Source: Oscillospiraceae bacterium (GTDB lineage Bacteria; Bacillota_I; Bacilli_A; RF39; UBA660). Taken from it: DNA of 64,000 nt. The DNA lies in contig CAVGWA010000002.1 of assembly GCA_963632935.1 (NCBI GenBank), positions 5,197 to 69,196 on the forward strand, in the 5' to 3' direction. Numbering within the stretch: the first letter of the stretch is position 1; each line of letters opens with the position of its first letter. Positions 35,522 through 45,924 of the stretch are shown piece by piece. The translations under genes and the position numbers were made by a program. The notes beneath the pieces are model-generated. The model worked only from the letters and a program-made list of their open reading frames with translations. It made no database searches and was not told the DNA's origin.

Positions 35522-36997
35522 ATGGAAAAAATTGATATTATAAAGAATATTACTGAAAGAACAGGTGGGGATATATATTTAGGAGTTGTAGGAGCGGTAA
35601 GAACAGGAAAATCAACGTTTATTAAACGATTTATTGAAAATTTAGTAGTTCCTAATATAGAAGATGAATATGAAAGAAAAAGAACATTAGATGAAATTCC
35701 ACAATCTGCTCAGGGTAAAACTATTATGACAACTGAGCCTAAATTTGTACCTAGTAATGCAGCTAAAATAAATATTGATGATTTTTCAGCGAAAGTAAGA
35801 TTAGTTGATTGTGTTGGATATATTATTGATGGAGCTAAAGGATATGAGGATGAAAATGGTCCTAGAATGGTTCATACACCTTGGTATGAAGAATCTATTC
35901 CATTTGTAGAAGCTGCAGAAATAGGAACAGAAAAGGTAATAAAAGACCATTCAAGTATTGGTATTTTGATAACTACAGATGGCTCTATTGGAGAATTTGA
36001 AAGGAACGTTTATGTAGATGCTGAGCGGAGAATTTCAGGTGAACTTAAGGATATTGGAAAACCATATATAGTAATTTTAAATTCAACGCATCCAATGCTT
36101 CCGGAAACCGAAAATTTAGCCGAAAAATTAAAAGAGGAATATAAAGTTCCAGTTATACCAATGAATATTGATAATATGAGTGAAAGAGATGCTTATAATA
36201 TTTTAAAAGAGGCATTATATGAATTTCCAGTTACTTGTATAGATGTTGAAATGGCAGATTGGGTTGCTTGTTTAGATGTTAATAATTGGTTAAAAAAATC
36301 ATATATTTCTTCCATTAAGGAAAGTATTCATTCAATAGATAAATTAAGAGATATTGATCAAATAATAGATAATTTTCAAAATTGTGAATATATAGAAAAG
36401 GCATATTTATCAGAAGTAGACACTGCTACAGGTAATGTTAAAGTTAAATTAAAAACTCCAGATAATTTGTATAATGATGTTTTAAAGGAAATAATAGGGG
36501 TTGATATAACTAGTAAATCACAGCTGTTAAGTATGTTTCAAGATTTAAGTGTTGCTAAAAGGGAATATGATCAAGTAAAAGATGCTTTAAAGATGGTAAA
36601 ACAAACAGGATATGGGGTAGCTTCTCCAACTTTGTCTGATATGTCTTTAGATACGCCAGAAATTATTAAGCAAGGAAGTAGATATGGTATAAAATTAAAG
36701 GCTGTTGCTCCTTCTATTCATATGATTAGAGTTGATGTTGAAAGTACATTTGAACCAATTATTGGTTCAGAAATACAAAGCAAAGAATTAATTAATTATT
36801 TAATGAAAGATAAGGAATCAGAAAGTGAAAATATATGGAAAAGTGAAATATTCGGAAGAAGTTTAGATGTTATTGTTCAAGAAGGAATTCAAGCTAAATT
36901 ATCATTAATGCCAGAAGCTGTTAGATATAAATTAAAACAAACATTATCAAAAATAGTAAATAAGGGGTCTGGAAATTTATTTGCAATAGTTATTTAA
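35522..36997 (+). CDS. spoIVA: Stage IV sporulation protein A (spore coat basement-layer ATPase)
   Basis: MEKIDIIKNITERTGGDIYLGVVGAVRTGKSTFIKRF (Walker A), about 491 aa. Sits upstream of hbs as in Bacillus. The ATG at 35522 follows RBS agtaggga. Confidence 0.95.
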   Translation: MEKIDIIKNITERTGGDIYLGVVGAVRTGKSTFIKRFIENLVVPNIEDEYERKRTLDEIPQSAQGKTIMTTEPKFVPSNAAKINIDDFSAKVRLVDCVGYIIDGAKGYEDENGPRMVHTPWYEESIPFVEAAEIGTEKVIKDHSSIGILITTDGSIGEFERNVYVDAERRISGELKDIGKPYIVILNSTHPMLPETENLAEKLKEEYKVPVIPMNIDNMSERDAYNILKEALYEFPVTCIDVEMADWVACLDVNNWLKKSYISSIKESIHSIDKLRDIDQIIDNFQNCEYIEKAYLSEVDTATGNVKVKLKTPDNLYNDVLKEIIGVDITSKSQLLSMFQDLSVAKREYDQVKDALKMVKQTGYGVASPTLSDMSLDTPEIIKQGSRYGIKLKAVAPSIHMIRVDVESTFEPIIGSEIQSKELINYLMKDKESESENIWKSEIFGRSLDVIVQEGIQAKLSLMPEAVRYKLKQTLSKIVNKGSGNLFAIVI

Positions 36998-37156
36998 TAA
37001 AAATATTACCAACCAATGAAAATTTAAAATAATTTAATATAAAAATAGTGTTTAAAAGAGTAAAAAGCCTTAAAATATATTGATTTTTCTAGTTAAACAT
37101 GGTACCATGTAAATGTAAGCAAGATAGCTTAACACATAATAAGGGAGGTATACAAA

Positions 37157-37429
37157 ATGACTAAACAAAATTTAGTAAATTATATTGCAGAAGAAACAGG
37201 AATGACTAAAGCAGATGCTACAAGAGCTTTAGATGCTGTATTAAACGGAATTGTAGAAGGTTTAAAAACAGAAGGTAAAGTTACTTTAACTGGATTTGCT
37301 ACTTTTGCAGCTCAACACAAAGATGCTAGACAAGGACGTAATCCTAGAACTGGTGAAGCTGTAACTATTCCTGCAAGAACAGCTGTTTCAATTAAAGCTG
37401 GAGCAAAATTAAAAGATGCATTAAACTAA
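37157..37429 (+). CDS. hup: DNA-binding protein HU
   Basis: 90 aa: MTKQNLVNYIAEETGMTKADA...GRNPRTGEAVTIPA. RBS aagggagg. Confidence 0.95.
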   Translation: MTKQNLVNYIAEETGMTKADATRALDAVLNGIVEGLKTEGKVTLTGFATFAAQHKDARQGRNPRTGEAVTIPARTAVSIKAGAKLKDALN

Positions 37430-37470
37430 GGTGAATAGCCTTTTTTTAATGTAAAATTGGAGATGAATGA

Positions 37471-38556
37471 ATGTTTGAAACTGCTATAAAACTTTTAAAT
37501 AAAATAAATAGTTATGGATATACTGCATATATGGTTGGTGGATATCCTAGAGATTTATATTTGAAAAGAACATTTACTGATATAGATATATGTACTGATG
37601 CAACGCCTCTGGAATTACATAAGATATTTCCAGAGATAGTAACAACAAATTCAGAATATGGATCAGTTACAGTAATTTTTGAAAAAACGAAATTTGAAAT
37701 AACAACGTTTAGAAAAGAATTTAAATATAAAGATAGTAGAAGACCCGAAAAAATAGAATATGTAGATACTTTAGAAGAAGATATAAAAAGAAGAGATTTT
37801 ACAATAAATACTCTTTGTATTGATAAAGATGGTAATCAAATTGATTTAATTGGTGCTAAACATGATTTAGATAATAAAATAATTAGAACAGTGGGTAATC
37901 CTAAAATAAGATTAAAGGAAGATGCTCTTCGTATTTTAAGGGCAATAAGGTTTGCTACAACTTTAAATTTTTCTTTGGAACCAAAGTTAAAAAATTATAT
38001 TCGCAAGTATGGACATAATTTAAAAAAACTTTCAAAAGATAGAAAAAAAGAAGAGTTAGATTTAATATTTTCGAGTCCTAACAAAGCATATGGTATAGAA
38101 TTATTAATAGATTTAAAATTAGCTGATTGTTTAGATATTCCTAATTTAAAGAGAATAAAAATAACTCCATCTATGCTTGTAACATGGTCACAGTTAAATG
38201 TCTTAGATAAATACAATTTTAATACAATTGAAAAGGAAAGTATTATAAAAATTAATGAAGTTAAAGATAAAAATTTATTAGATAATCACACTTTATATAA
38301 TTATGGATTATATATTTGTACATTGGCTGCAGAGTTAAATGATATTGATAAAAAAATGATAAATAAAATATATGCTGAAATGCCAATTAAAAGTAGATTA
38401 GATATTGCACTTTCACCTATAGAAATATGTAATATATTAAATAAGGAAGCTGGTCCTTTTTTAAAACCATTGTTGAAGGAAATAGAAAATGAAATTTTAG
38501 AAGGTAATATTAAAAATACAAAAGAGGATATTACTAATTTTATATTAAATAATTAA
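37471..38556 (+). CDS. cca: CCA-adding tRNA nucleotidyltransferase (PolyA polymerase family)
   Basis: Carries GGYPRDLYL...DIDICTD, RRDFTINTL and ED.LRILRAIRFA. Confidence 0.8.
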   Translation: MFETAIKLLNKINSYGYTAYMVGGYPRDLYLKRTFTDIDICTDATPLELHKIFPEIVTTNSEYGSVTVIFEKTKFEITTFRKEFKYKDSRRPEKIEYVDTLEEDIKRRDFTINTLCIDKDGNQIDLIGAKHDLDNKIIRTVGNPKIRLKEDALRILRAIRFATTLNFSLEPKLKNYIRKYGHNLKKLSKDRKKEELDLIFSSPNKAYGIELLIDLKLADCLDIPNLKRIKITPSMLVTWSQLNVLDKYNFNTIEKESIIKINEVKDKNLLDNHTLYNYGLYICTLAAELNDIDKKMINKIYAEMPIKSRLDIALSPIEICNILNKEAGPFLKPLLKEIENEILEGNIKNTKEDITNFILNN

Positions 38557-38573
38557 GCCATATTGGCTTTTTT
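38555..38573 (+). terminator. Rho-independent terminator
   Basis: aagcca / tggctt stem, 3-nt loop, tttttc. Confidence 0.6.
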
Positions 38574-38633
38574 CTTTTAAAAATATTGGAAATGTATTTA
38601 ATTTAAGATATAATAAATTTTAAGGTGATTGAA

Positions 38634-39260
38634 ATGACAGGCAAAATATTAGAATTATTACAAAGTGGAAATATTATGGTACCAACTGTATTATTACAAA
38701 ATTATAAATATTTAAAAATAACTGATAAAGAATTAATAATACTTATATATTTAATTGGTAATCCTGAATTTGATCCAGAGAAAATATCAAAGGATTTAAA
38801 TATAAAATTACCTGATACTTTAAAATTAATTGATAGTTTATCAAATAAAGAAATATTAAAAATATCAGTAAAATCAGGAAAAATATGTGAAGAATATATT
38901 GATCTTACTGGGTTATATAAAAAATTAACGATGTGTATAATAAATGAAAAAGAAGAAAAGGTGAAAAATACAATATATGATAAATTTGAAAAAGAATTTG
39001 GAAGAACATTAAGTCCTATGGAGTATGAAATAATAGGTGCTTGGCTAGATGGAAATTACAGTGAAGAGTTAATCGAACTTGCTTTAAAAGAAGCTATTTA
39101 TAATGGTGTGTCTAATTTAAGATATATTGATAAAATATTATCTGAATGGTATAAAAAGGGAATAAAAAATTCAAATGATATAGCAAAACAAAGGGAAAAG
39201 AGAAATAAAAAACCAAAGAAAGAAGTATTTGAATATGACTGGCTCAACGAAAATGATTGA
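38634..39260 (+). CDS. dnaD: DnaD-domain replication initiation / membrane attachment protein
   Basis: C-terminal DnaD repeat (FEKEFGRTLSPMEYEIIGAWLD...LIELALKEAIYNGVSNLRYIDKILSEWYKKGI). Followed by nth as in B. subtilis. Confidence 0.8.
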   Translation: MTGKILELLQSGNIMVPTVLLQNYKYLKITDKELIILIYLIGNPEFDPEKISKDLNIKLPDTLKLIDSLSNKEILKISVKSGKICEEYIDLTGLYKKLTMCIINEKEEKVKNTIYDKFEKEFGRTLSPMEYEIIGAWLDGNYSEELIELALKEAIYNGVSNLRYIDKILSEWYKKGIKNSNDIAKQREKRNKKPKKEVFEYDWLNEND

Positions 39261-39885
39261 AAATTATTTAGATAAAATTATTCCAAATCCTAAATGTGAG
39301 CTCAATTATAATAAAGATTATGAATTGCTTTTAGCTACTATGTTGAGTGCTCAAACAACTGATAAGAGAGTAAATGAAGTAACTAAAATATTATTTAATA
39401 AATATAAAACATTAGATGAATTATCAAAAGCTGATATAAAGGATGTAAAAAAAATAATTAGACCACTGGGAACATATAATATAAAATCATCTAATTTGAT
39501 AAATATAGCTACAAAATTAGTAAATGATTATAATGGTCAATTACCTAATAATAGAGAGTATTTAGAAAGTTTATCGGGTGTAGGAAGAAAAACGGCAAAT
39601 GTTGTTTTATCAAATATTTTTAATGTTCCTTGTATTGCTGTAGATACACATGTTTCTAGAGTTAGTAAAAGGTTAAATTTAGTTAATGAAAATGATGAAC
39701 CCTTTAAAATAGAGGTTAAATTAAATAAAAAATTTAAAAAAGAAAATTTATGTAAATTGCATCATCAGCTTGTTTTATTTGGTAGGTATTATTGTAAAGC
39801 TAAAAATCCTAAATGTGAAAGCTGTGAATTAAAATTAATTTGTAATTATTATAAAAAATTATCACAAAAAAAAGGAAACTGTTAA
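39253..39885 (+). CDS. nth: Endonuclease III
   Basis: HhH-GPD region (LPGVGRKTANVV is LSGVGRKTANVV here), DTHV, and the C-terminal 4Fe-4S motif C..KNPKCESCEL...C. The start overlaps the dnaD stop. Confidence 0.9.
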   Translation: MIENYLDKIIPNPKCELNYNKDYELLLATMLSAQTTDKRVNEVTKILFNKYKTLDELSKADIKDVKKIIRPLGTYNIKSSNLINIATKLVNDYNGQLPNNREYLESLSGVGRKTANVVLSNIFNVPCIAVDTHVSRVSKRLNLVNENDEPFKIEVKLNKKFKKENLCKLHHQLVLFGRYYCKAKNPKCESCELKLICNYYKKLSQKKGNC

Positions 39886-40014
39886 TTTATGTCGTATATT
39901 AATATATGAAAGGGTAAAATCCCTTTCTAGAAAGGAGTCATTTTATTATTCTTCTAGTAATATATCTAATTTTGAAGATATATTATGTAAAGGCTTATTT
40001 ATATTGTATTCTAA

Positions 40015-40041
40015 GAAAAAAGGAACTTTGCGTTCCTTTTT
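40015..40041. terminator. Bidirectional terminator (nth / ponA)
   Basis: aaaaaggaac / gttccttttt stem, 5-nt loop. Confidence 0.7.
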
Positions 40042-40044
40042 AGT

Positions 40045-43044
40045 TTAATTAACTGTTACAGTTCTAGTTAGTGTTGTTACAACTTCATTTTGATATGTAA
40101 CTTTATAAGTAAATGTATAAGTTTCACCAGCTGTAGAACCAACTACTTCTTTCCAATTGCTTAGAACTGTTTTGCTTGCATCTTGAACAGTTAAAGTAAT
40201 TTTAACATCACTACTTTTAGTTATGTCTTCACCATCTAAACTGACTGAAACTGAAGGATCAGTGTAATTAGTTGGTGCGGTTAGTGTATCGTTAGATTTA
40301 CCATTTAAAGTAGCTTTAACATCACTTACAGAGCCGCCTTTATATTCTGCAGTAGTTTCAGTTCCAGAGCTTTCAGCTCCTTTAAAATTAGTATAAGTAG
40401 ATTTAACTACAATCTTTTGTGTTCCTGTTGGAAGTTTAACAGAAGCACTATTTTCACTAGTTGTTGTAAGAAGTGAAAGACCTGTAGATGTTTTAGCATA
40501 CACATTATAACAAACACTACCTAATGTCTTATTGTTAACAGACATTACGTAAGATAAATAAGTATTTTGGTCTTTAGAAAGAGAAAATGCTTTATTAATA
40601 AGTGGACTCCAATAACTATTATTTAAAGCGTCTGGTGTACCAATTCCTTTCCAAGTAACAGTAGCTTTACTACCTTGTATAGATGCTTTTAAATCACTAA
40701 CATTTGATAAAGTATTAAATCTAGCTGATACTTCAGTTGGTTTACTACTTTCTTTAAATAATTCGGTAGTTTTCATAGAATCAGGTGTGTTTTCACTTGG
40801 CAACATTGAATAGCCTGTATATTTTTCAACTGTAACTTCAACAACACCACTTGGTTTTGAGAATGTTTTATCTTTAGTAAAGAAATTTTTAGCAACAGCT
40901 TGGAATAATTTAGCATTTTGACTTGAACCAAATTTATTATATCCATCTTTCCATGAATTATAACCATACCAAACAGAAATTGCATATTCAGAATTATATC
41001 CTGCAAACCATAAATCATTTACGGCATTACTTGGTAGATTGTGAGCTGCCATAAATTTAGAATCAAAGTTTGTAGTACCTGATTTAGCTGCAAATTGTGA
41101 ATCATTAATATTGTTATATTTTCCTAAAGCATTTTGTCCTGTATCAACTAGCATATCAGTTACCATATAAGCTGTTTCAGCACTCATAACTTTAGTTTTC
41201 TTATAATTATTTTTATAAACTTTACCAGTTTCATCAAATTCAACTTTGGTAAATGTATGTGGTTCATTATAAACACCACTATTACCAAATGCGGCATAAG
41301 CTGCGGCAACGGTCATTGGCGATTCACCAACTTTTTTCTGACTATCACCATAGCCACCTATGGAATGAGCTTCATGGATTTTACCATTACTTGCAACTTC
41401 AGGTGATAGACCTAGTTTTGTTACAAAATCTTTAATATCAGAATTTTTAACACTTTGGAATGTTTTTAATGCAGGAATGTTTCTAGATTCTATTAGAGCT
41501 TGTCTTATTGTAATGATTCCTTTGTAATTACCATCCCAGTTATTAATTTCAGTTCCATCACTATAAGTATGTTTATCATCAATAATAGGATGATCAGTAT
41601 TCCATCCATTATATTCAATGGCAGGTCCATAATCGTAAAGTGGTTTAGCAGTAGAACCAATTTGTTTATATATACCGGTTGCATAATTTAAGTTCTTAGC
41701 TCCTGTTTGATTTCTACCAGAACCGATTGCGACAATAGCTCCAGTTTTAGTTTCCATAGCAATAATACCGGCTTGAACTTTATCGTTTTCCCATGTGTAG
41801 TTAGTTCCGTTCATAATCTTAGTTACTTCATCTTGTTTGCTTCTATTCATAGTTGTATAAATTTTCATAGAATATGAATATGGATCATATCCGGTTTTTT
41901 CACTAACTTCTTCTGCAACTCTATCAATAAATCCTTGATAATTAGCATTGCTGGTATTAGCGCTTCTACCTTTTATAACAATTTTATCAACGGTCATTTT
42001 TTTAGCTATGTTATATTCTTCATCTGTTATATAACCATGTCTTTTCATTAATTTTAATACAAGTAATCTTCTTGTTTCTGTTTTATCAGGATTAATATTC
42101 GGATCATATGAAACTGGTGATTGGAACATACCAGCAATCATAGCGGCTTCAGATAAATTTAAATCTTTAGCTTCTTTGTTGAAATATGTTTCGGCTGCTT
42201 GTTCAACACCATATGCACCACTACCTAAATAATATGAATTAACATAAAATTCTAATATTTCTTCTTTAGAGTAGTTAGGTTCTATTTGAAACATTGAAAT
42301 ATAAATATCAGTAAACTTACGTTTAATACCATCTAATCCATTTGCGACATTAGATGTATATTGGTTTTTAGAAACTTGCATTGTTAGTGTTGAAGCTCCG
42401 CCTGCATTTTGTCCTAGTAATTGGCCAAATGATGCTTTTAAAAAACGTGGAAGGTCAAAACCATTATGCTCAAAAAATCTTGAATCTTCAGTAGCTACAA
42501 TTGCATTAACTAACTCTTCACTCATTTGACTATAAGTAATTTTTTGTCTCATCTGTTTACCTAGTTTTGCATAAACATTGCCATCGCTATCAAGTAAGGT
42601 ACTTGCTTCTTTAGTATATAGTTTATTTGGATTAAATTTACCAGCAGTAGTTGCAATGAAAATAAAGAATGCAATACCTGCAATAATGCATAATAGCATT
42701 AAAATTAAAAAGGCTAATAAAATTTTTTTACCAAATTTCTTTTTCTTTTTACCTTTTTTAGCCATATTTTCACTTCTTTCTGCTAAAGCTTTTTTACTTG
42801 GTTTTATTTTTAAATCTGCTTGATTAGTAATGCCATCAATCGCTTTTTGCTCGTTTTTTCTTTTATTAAGTTTGTTTTTCCATTTGATAAATGGTATAAA
42901 CCATATTAAGTTAATTATGATAAATATTACCAATGCCACTATAAAATTAACAACAATTGTGCCAATTAATAAAATAATTATGGATAAAATTAATATAAGT
43001 AAATTAAATTTATCTTTTTTTAAAAAAACAGTTAAATCATTCAT
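40045..43044 (-). CDS. ponA: Class A penicillin-binding protein (PBP1, transglycosylase/transpeptidase) with N- and C-terminal extensions
   Basis: GT51 motifs (ATEDSRFFEHNGFD, RKFTDIYI), transpeptidase motifs (STAKP, SRN, KSGTT). recU lies upstream as in B. subtilis. 999 aa from the ATG at 43044, with an alternative internal start at 42765. Confidence 0.9.
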   Translation of the reverse strand: MNDLTVFLKKDKFNLLILILSIIILLIGTIVVNFIVALVIFIIINLIWFIPFIKWKNKLNKRKNEQKAIDGITNQADLKIKPSKKALAERSENMAKKGKKKKKFGKKILLAFLILMLLCIIAGIAFFIFIATTAGKFNPNKLYTKEASTLLDSDGNVYAKLGKQMRQKITYSQMSEELVNAIVATEDSRFFEHNGFDLPRFLKASFGQLLGQNAGGASTLTMQVSKNQYTSNVANGLDGIKRKFTDIYISMFQIEPNYSKEEILEFYVNSYYLGSGAYGVEQAAETYFNKEAKDLNLSEAAMIAGMFQSPVSYDPNINPDKTETRRLLVLKLMKRHGYITDEEYNIAKKMTVDKIVIKGRSANTSNANYQGFIDRVAEEVSEKTGYDPYSYSMKIYTTMNRSKQDEVTKIMNGTNYTWENDKVQAGIIAMETKTGAIVAIGSGRNQTGAKNLNYATGIYKQIGSTAKPLYDYGPAIEYNGWNTDHPIIDDKHTYSDGTEINNWDGNYKGIITIRQALIESRNIPALKTFQSVKNSDIKDFVTKLGLSPEVASNGKIHEAHSIGGYGDSQKKVGESPMTVAAAYAAFGNSGVYNEPHTFTKVEFDETGKVYKNNYKKTKVMSAETAYMVTDMLVDTGQNALGKYNNINDSQFAAKSGTTNFDSKFMAAHNLPSNAVNDLWFAGYNSEYAISVWYGYNSWKDGYNKFGSSQNAKLFQAVAKNFFTKDKTFSKPSGVVEVTVEKYTGYSMLPSENTPDSMKTTELFKESSKPTEVSARFNTLSNVSDLKASIQGSKATVTWKGIGTPDALNNSYWSPLINKAFSLSKDQNTYLSYVMSVNNKTLGSVCYNVYAKTSTGLSLLTTTSENSASVKLPTGTQKIVVKSTYTNFKGAESSGTETTAEYKGGSVSDVKATLNGKSNDTLTAPTNYTDPSVSVSLDGEDITKSSDVKITLTVQDASKTVLSNWKEVVGSTAGETYTFTYKVTYQNEVVTTLTRTVTVN

Positions 43045-43610
43045 ATGCTACCTCCATTAAAATAAAGCTTATCAACAATTTCTAAATAATCAACTCTAGG
43101 ATTATATTTATCTAAAATTATAAACCCATTTTCTTCAAAATATGAAATTGGTATAGATTTTCTGGCTGATTTGTTTAAAAAATTTATTAAACTTTCTACT
43201 GAAAGATAAAAAGTTTTGTTAATAGTTGTAAATCTAACAATTAGAAAACCAATTCCTCCATGTTTATAAATTTGTTTTAAATGTTTTACTTGATGAGAAT
43301 GTATGTTACTTAGGGGGAAAGCTGTTTTTAATTTAGTTTCTTTAGCTTCAAAATCAATATATCTTCCTTTATATACACCATTATAATCTGTAGTTGATGG
43401 TGTTCTAAAATATCCTTCTTTTATTACGGCTTCTAATCTAGATGGATAATTAACTTTTGAAATAGTAATAGGAGTTGGTTTTTTGTAAATAACAGCAATG
43501 TCATTAACGAGATAATATTCATTGCTTGCTTTTAAATCATCTTCTAAACTCATCCCTCTATTAGCGTAGCTATTTATGTTTTTAAAATTGCTCCCTGTTA
43601 TTCTCTTCAT
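43041..43610 (-). CDS. recU: Holliday junction resolvase RecU
   Basis: NRGMSLEDDLKASNEYY...DYNGVYKGRYIDFEAKETK. Its stop overlaps the ponA start (ATGA). Confidence 0.9.
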   Translation of the reverse strand: MKRITGSNFKNINSYANRGMSLEDDLKASNEYYLVNDIAVIYKKPTPITISKVNYPSRLEAVIKEGYFRTPSTTDYNGVYKGRYIDFEAKETKLKTAFPLSNIHSHQVKHLKQIYKHGGIGFLIVRFTTINKTFYLSVESLINFLNKSARKSIPISYFEENGFIILDKYNPRVDYLEIVDKLYFNGGSI

Positions 43611-43883
43611 ATTAACACCATTACAATTATACTATATTTTACACAAATTAACAAATGAAAAAATGTAAAGTTCTAAATATGACAAGCTTTGTCGAAATTA
43701 TATGTTTTAATATAGTTAAATGTTAATATAAAAATGGTGATAAAATGAACATTAATACTGTAAATAATATATTTAATGAAATGTTAAAAGATGTAAAGTA
43801 TTTAAAAATAAAATCAAATATAATTCAAATAAATAGTTGTTCAAAGAAAAAATAAAGAGTAAAATTATTGCATAGGTGAGGTT

Positions 43884-44543
43884 ATGTTTAAATTATTTTA
43901 TCTTTTTATAGTATATGCAATATTAGGATGGCTTATGGAAGTTATGATAGTGTCAATACATAAGAAAAGTTTATCTGCAAGAGGATTTTTAGTGGGTCCT
44001 TGGTGTCCTATTTATGGTTTTGGTGCTGTATTTATAACTCTATTTTTAAAAAAATACAATAATGACTTATGGGCACTTTTTGTAAATTCATTTTTATTAG
44101 GCTCTATATTAGAGTATTTTACAAGTTATATTATGGAAAAATTATTTAAAGCACGTTGGTGGGATTATAGTGATCACAAATATAACTTAAATGGAAGAAT
44201 AAGTTTAACAACATCATTAGGATTTGGTGTATTAGGTGTTATTGTTGTAAAAATATTTAATCCATTTTTTATGAAATTTCCAAATAGTATATCACCAGTA
44301 ATTTTTAATATTATTATGATTTTAATATTTATTATCTTTTTATCTGATGTTGTATTTTCATATACAGTTATTAGTCGTATTAAGAAGGTAAGCAAAAATC
44401 AAAAAGATATAACTGAAATATCAACAGATGAATTAAAAAAAGCACTTAAAAATAAATCTTACTTCAATAGAAGACTGTTAAATTCTTTTCCTAATTTAAA
44501 ATTTAATATCAAAAATTTTCAAAATAATGATATAATGAAATAA
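43884..44543 (+). CDS. CmpB/PF06541-like polytopic membrane protein, paralogue 2
   Basis: AILGWLMEV...RGFLVGPWCPIYGFGAV...ARWWDYSDHKYNLNGRISL. Same architecture as 19777-20439. Confidence 0.55.
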   Translation: MFKLFYLFIVYAILGWLMEVMIVSIHKKSLSARGFLVGPWCPIYGFGAVFITLFLKKYNNDLWALFVNSFLLGSILEYFTSYIMEKLFKARWWDYSDHKYNLNGRISLTTSLGFGVLGVIVVKIFNPFFMKFPNSISPVIFNIIMILIFIIFLSDVVFSYTVISRIKKVSKNQKDITEISTDELKKALKNKSYFNRRLLNSFPNLKFNIKNFQNNDIMK

Positions 44544-44559
44544 ATTAGGAGGGGCTTAT

Positions 44560-45801
44560 ATGTTAAAAAGAAAGGAAATAGAATTTTCATCACTTCCAAA
44601 AACTATTCAAAGTATGGCAGAAGATGATATTAATGCAGCTGCAGTAATTGATGAATTAATTGCTACAAAAGGTGAAATTAAAACACTTGCATCCTTAATT
44701 TTATTAGATGATATGAATATAAGGGGCATTCAAATTTATCAGCTTTATAAACTTTCAAATAAAAATATTGATAAATTATATGAAAAAATTATTAATATAA
44801 ACGAAAAGGATATATTGAATTTAAATATTAATTCCGCACCATTATGTGCTTTTAAAGCAATTTTTTCTGGTAATAGTAATGAAAGAAAAGAAAAGCCAGA
44901 AAAATATTTATTTACTAGTAGTGAAAGAGAAAAATATACACAAATATTAAAAGAAAAAGAGAATACATTAAATGATTTTATACCTTGCATTAGTGTGGAA
45001 GATGCTTTAACAATAATTGAAAACAATAATTTTACTTTAGGATATGAAAAAAAATATAAAAATGATGAAAAAGAAATAACATATCGTGTTTTTTATAATG
45101 AACTAGGTGATATAATATACACTCATTCATTAGATGATGAAGATATCTTTCTATGGGGGGCTTCTAAATTAAATGTGGTTAGATTAACAGATGATAAAAA
45201 TTATAATGATAGTCCTTGTAATGCATATTTCAATGTTTCTGGTGTTGTTGGTTATAATATAGAGCTTAAACAAAATCCTTTTGAAACATATAAAAAAGTA
45301 ATTCAAAAAAATGAAAAGAATGTAGAAAATATTAAAAAATATTATTATGATAATAATCTTTTTCCAATTATTGAAACAACAGAAGGAATGATATATAAAG
45401 GAAAATATCCATCATATAAAGCATGTGTAGTTTCTTCAATATATGATTTATTAAAATTTAATGAAACATATAAGTATTTGGATTCAGGGTTAAAGGAGAT
45501 ATATGAACCTTTATTACAATACGCATCAGATAAAGCATATGATGAGGTAATAAGCCATTTAAATTCTGATGAGGGAATAGAAATAGCAACTGACTTACAA
45601 AATATTTTGGGAATAAGTTTAGATAAAACTAAACTATTTGCCGCAAAAGATAGATACTGTAAGCAGCATGGACATGAAGTTATAATTCCCGAAACAAAGT
45701 TTATAAGCAGATTAATATCAGATAATCCATGGACAAAAGATATAAACGGTAGAATTATAAAAATACTAGGTCATGATATAGAACCAATATACAAAGGCTA
45801 A
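44560..45801 (+). CDS. Hypothetical cytoplasmic protein
   Basis: 413-aa ORF with a strong RBS aggagggg. No family recognised. Confidence 0.5.
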   Translation: MLKRKEIEFSSLPKTIQSMAEDDINAAAVIDELIATKGEIKTLASLILLDDMNIRGIQIYQLYKLSNKNIDKLYEKIININEKDILNLNINSAPLCAFKAIFSGNSNERKEKPEKYLFTSSEREKYTQILKEKENTLNDFIPCISVEDALTIIENNNFTLGYEKKYKNDEKEITYRVFYNELGDIIYTHSLDDEDIFLWGASKLNVVRLTDDKNYNDSPCNAYFNVSGVVGYNIELKQNPFETYKKVIQKNEKNVENIKKYYYDNNLFPIIETTEGMIYKGKYPSYKACVVSSIYDLLKFNETYKYLDSGLKEIYEPLLQYASDKAYDEVISHLNSDEGIEIATDLQNILGISLDKTKLFAAKDRYCKQHGHEVIIPETKFISRLISDNPWTKDINGRIIKILGHDIEPIYKG

Positions 45802-45924
45802 AAGGCCTTTTTAAAATGTTTAAATATCATAATTTCAAACAAAGAAAACTAAAAAATTATAAATTTAGCTAACAAAAATTAAAAATTCATAAAATATAAG
45901 TGCTGAATTTATTGAAATGGTACT

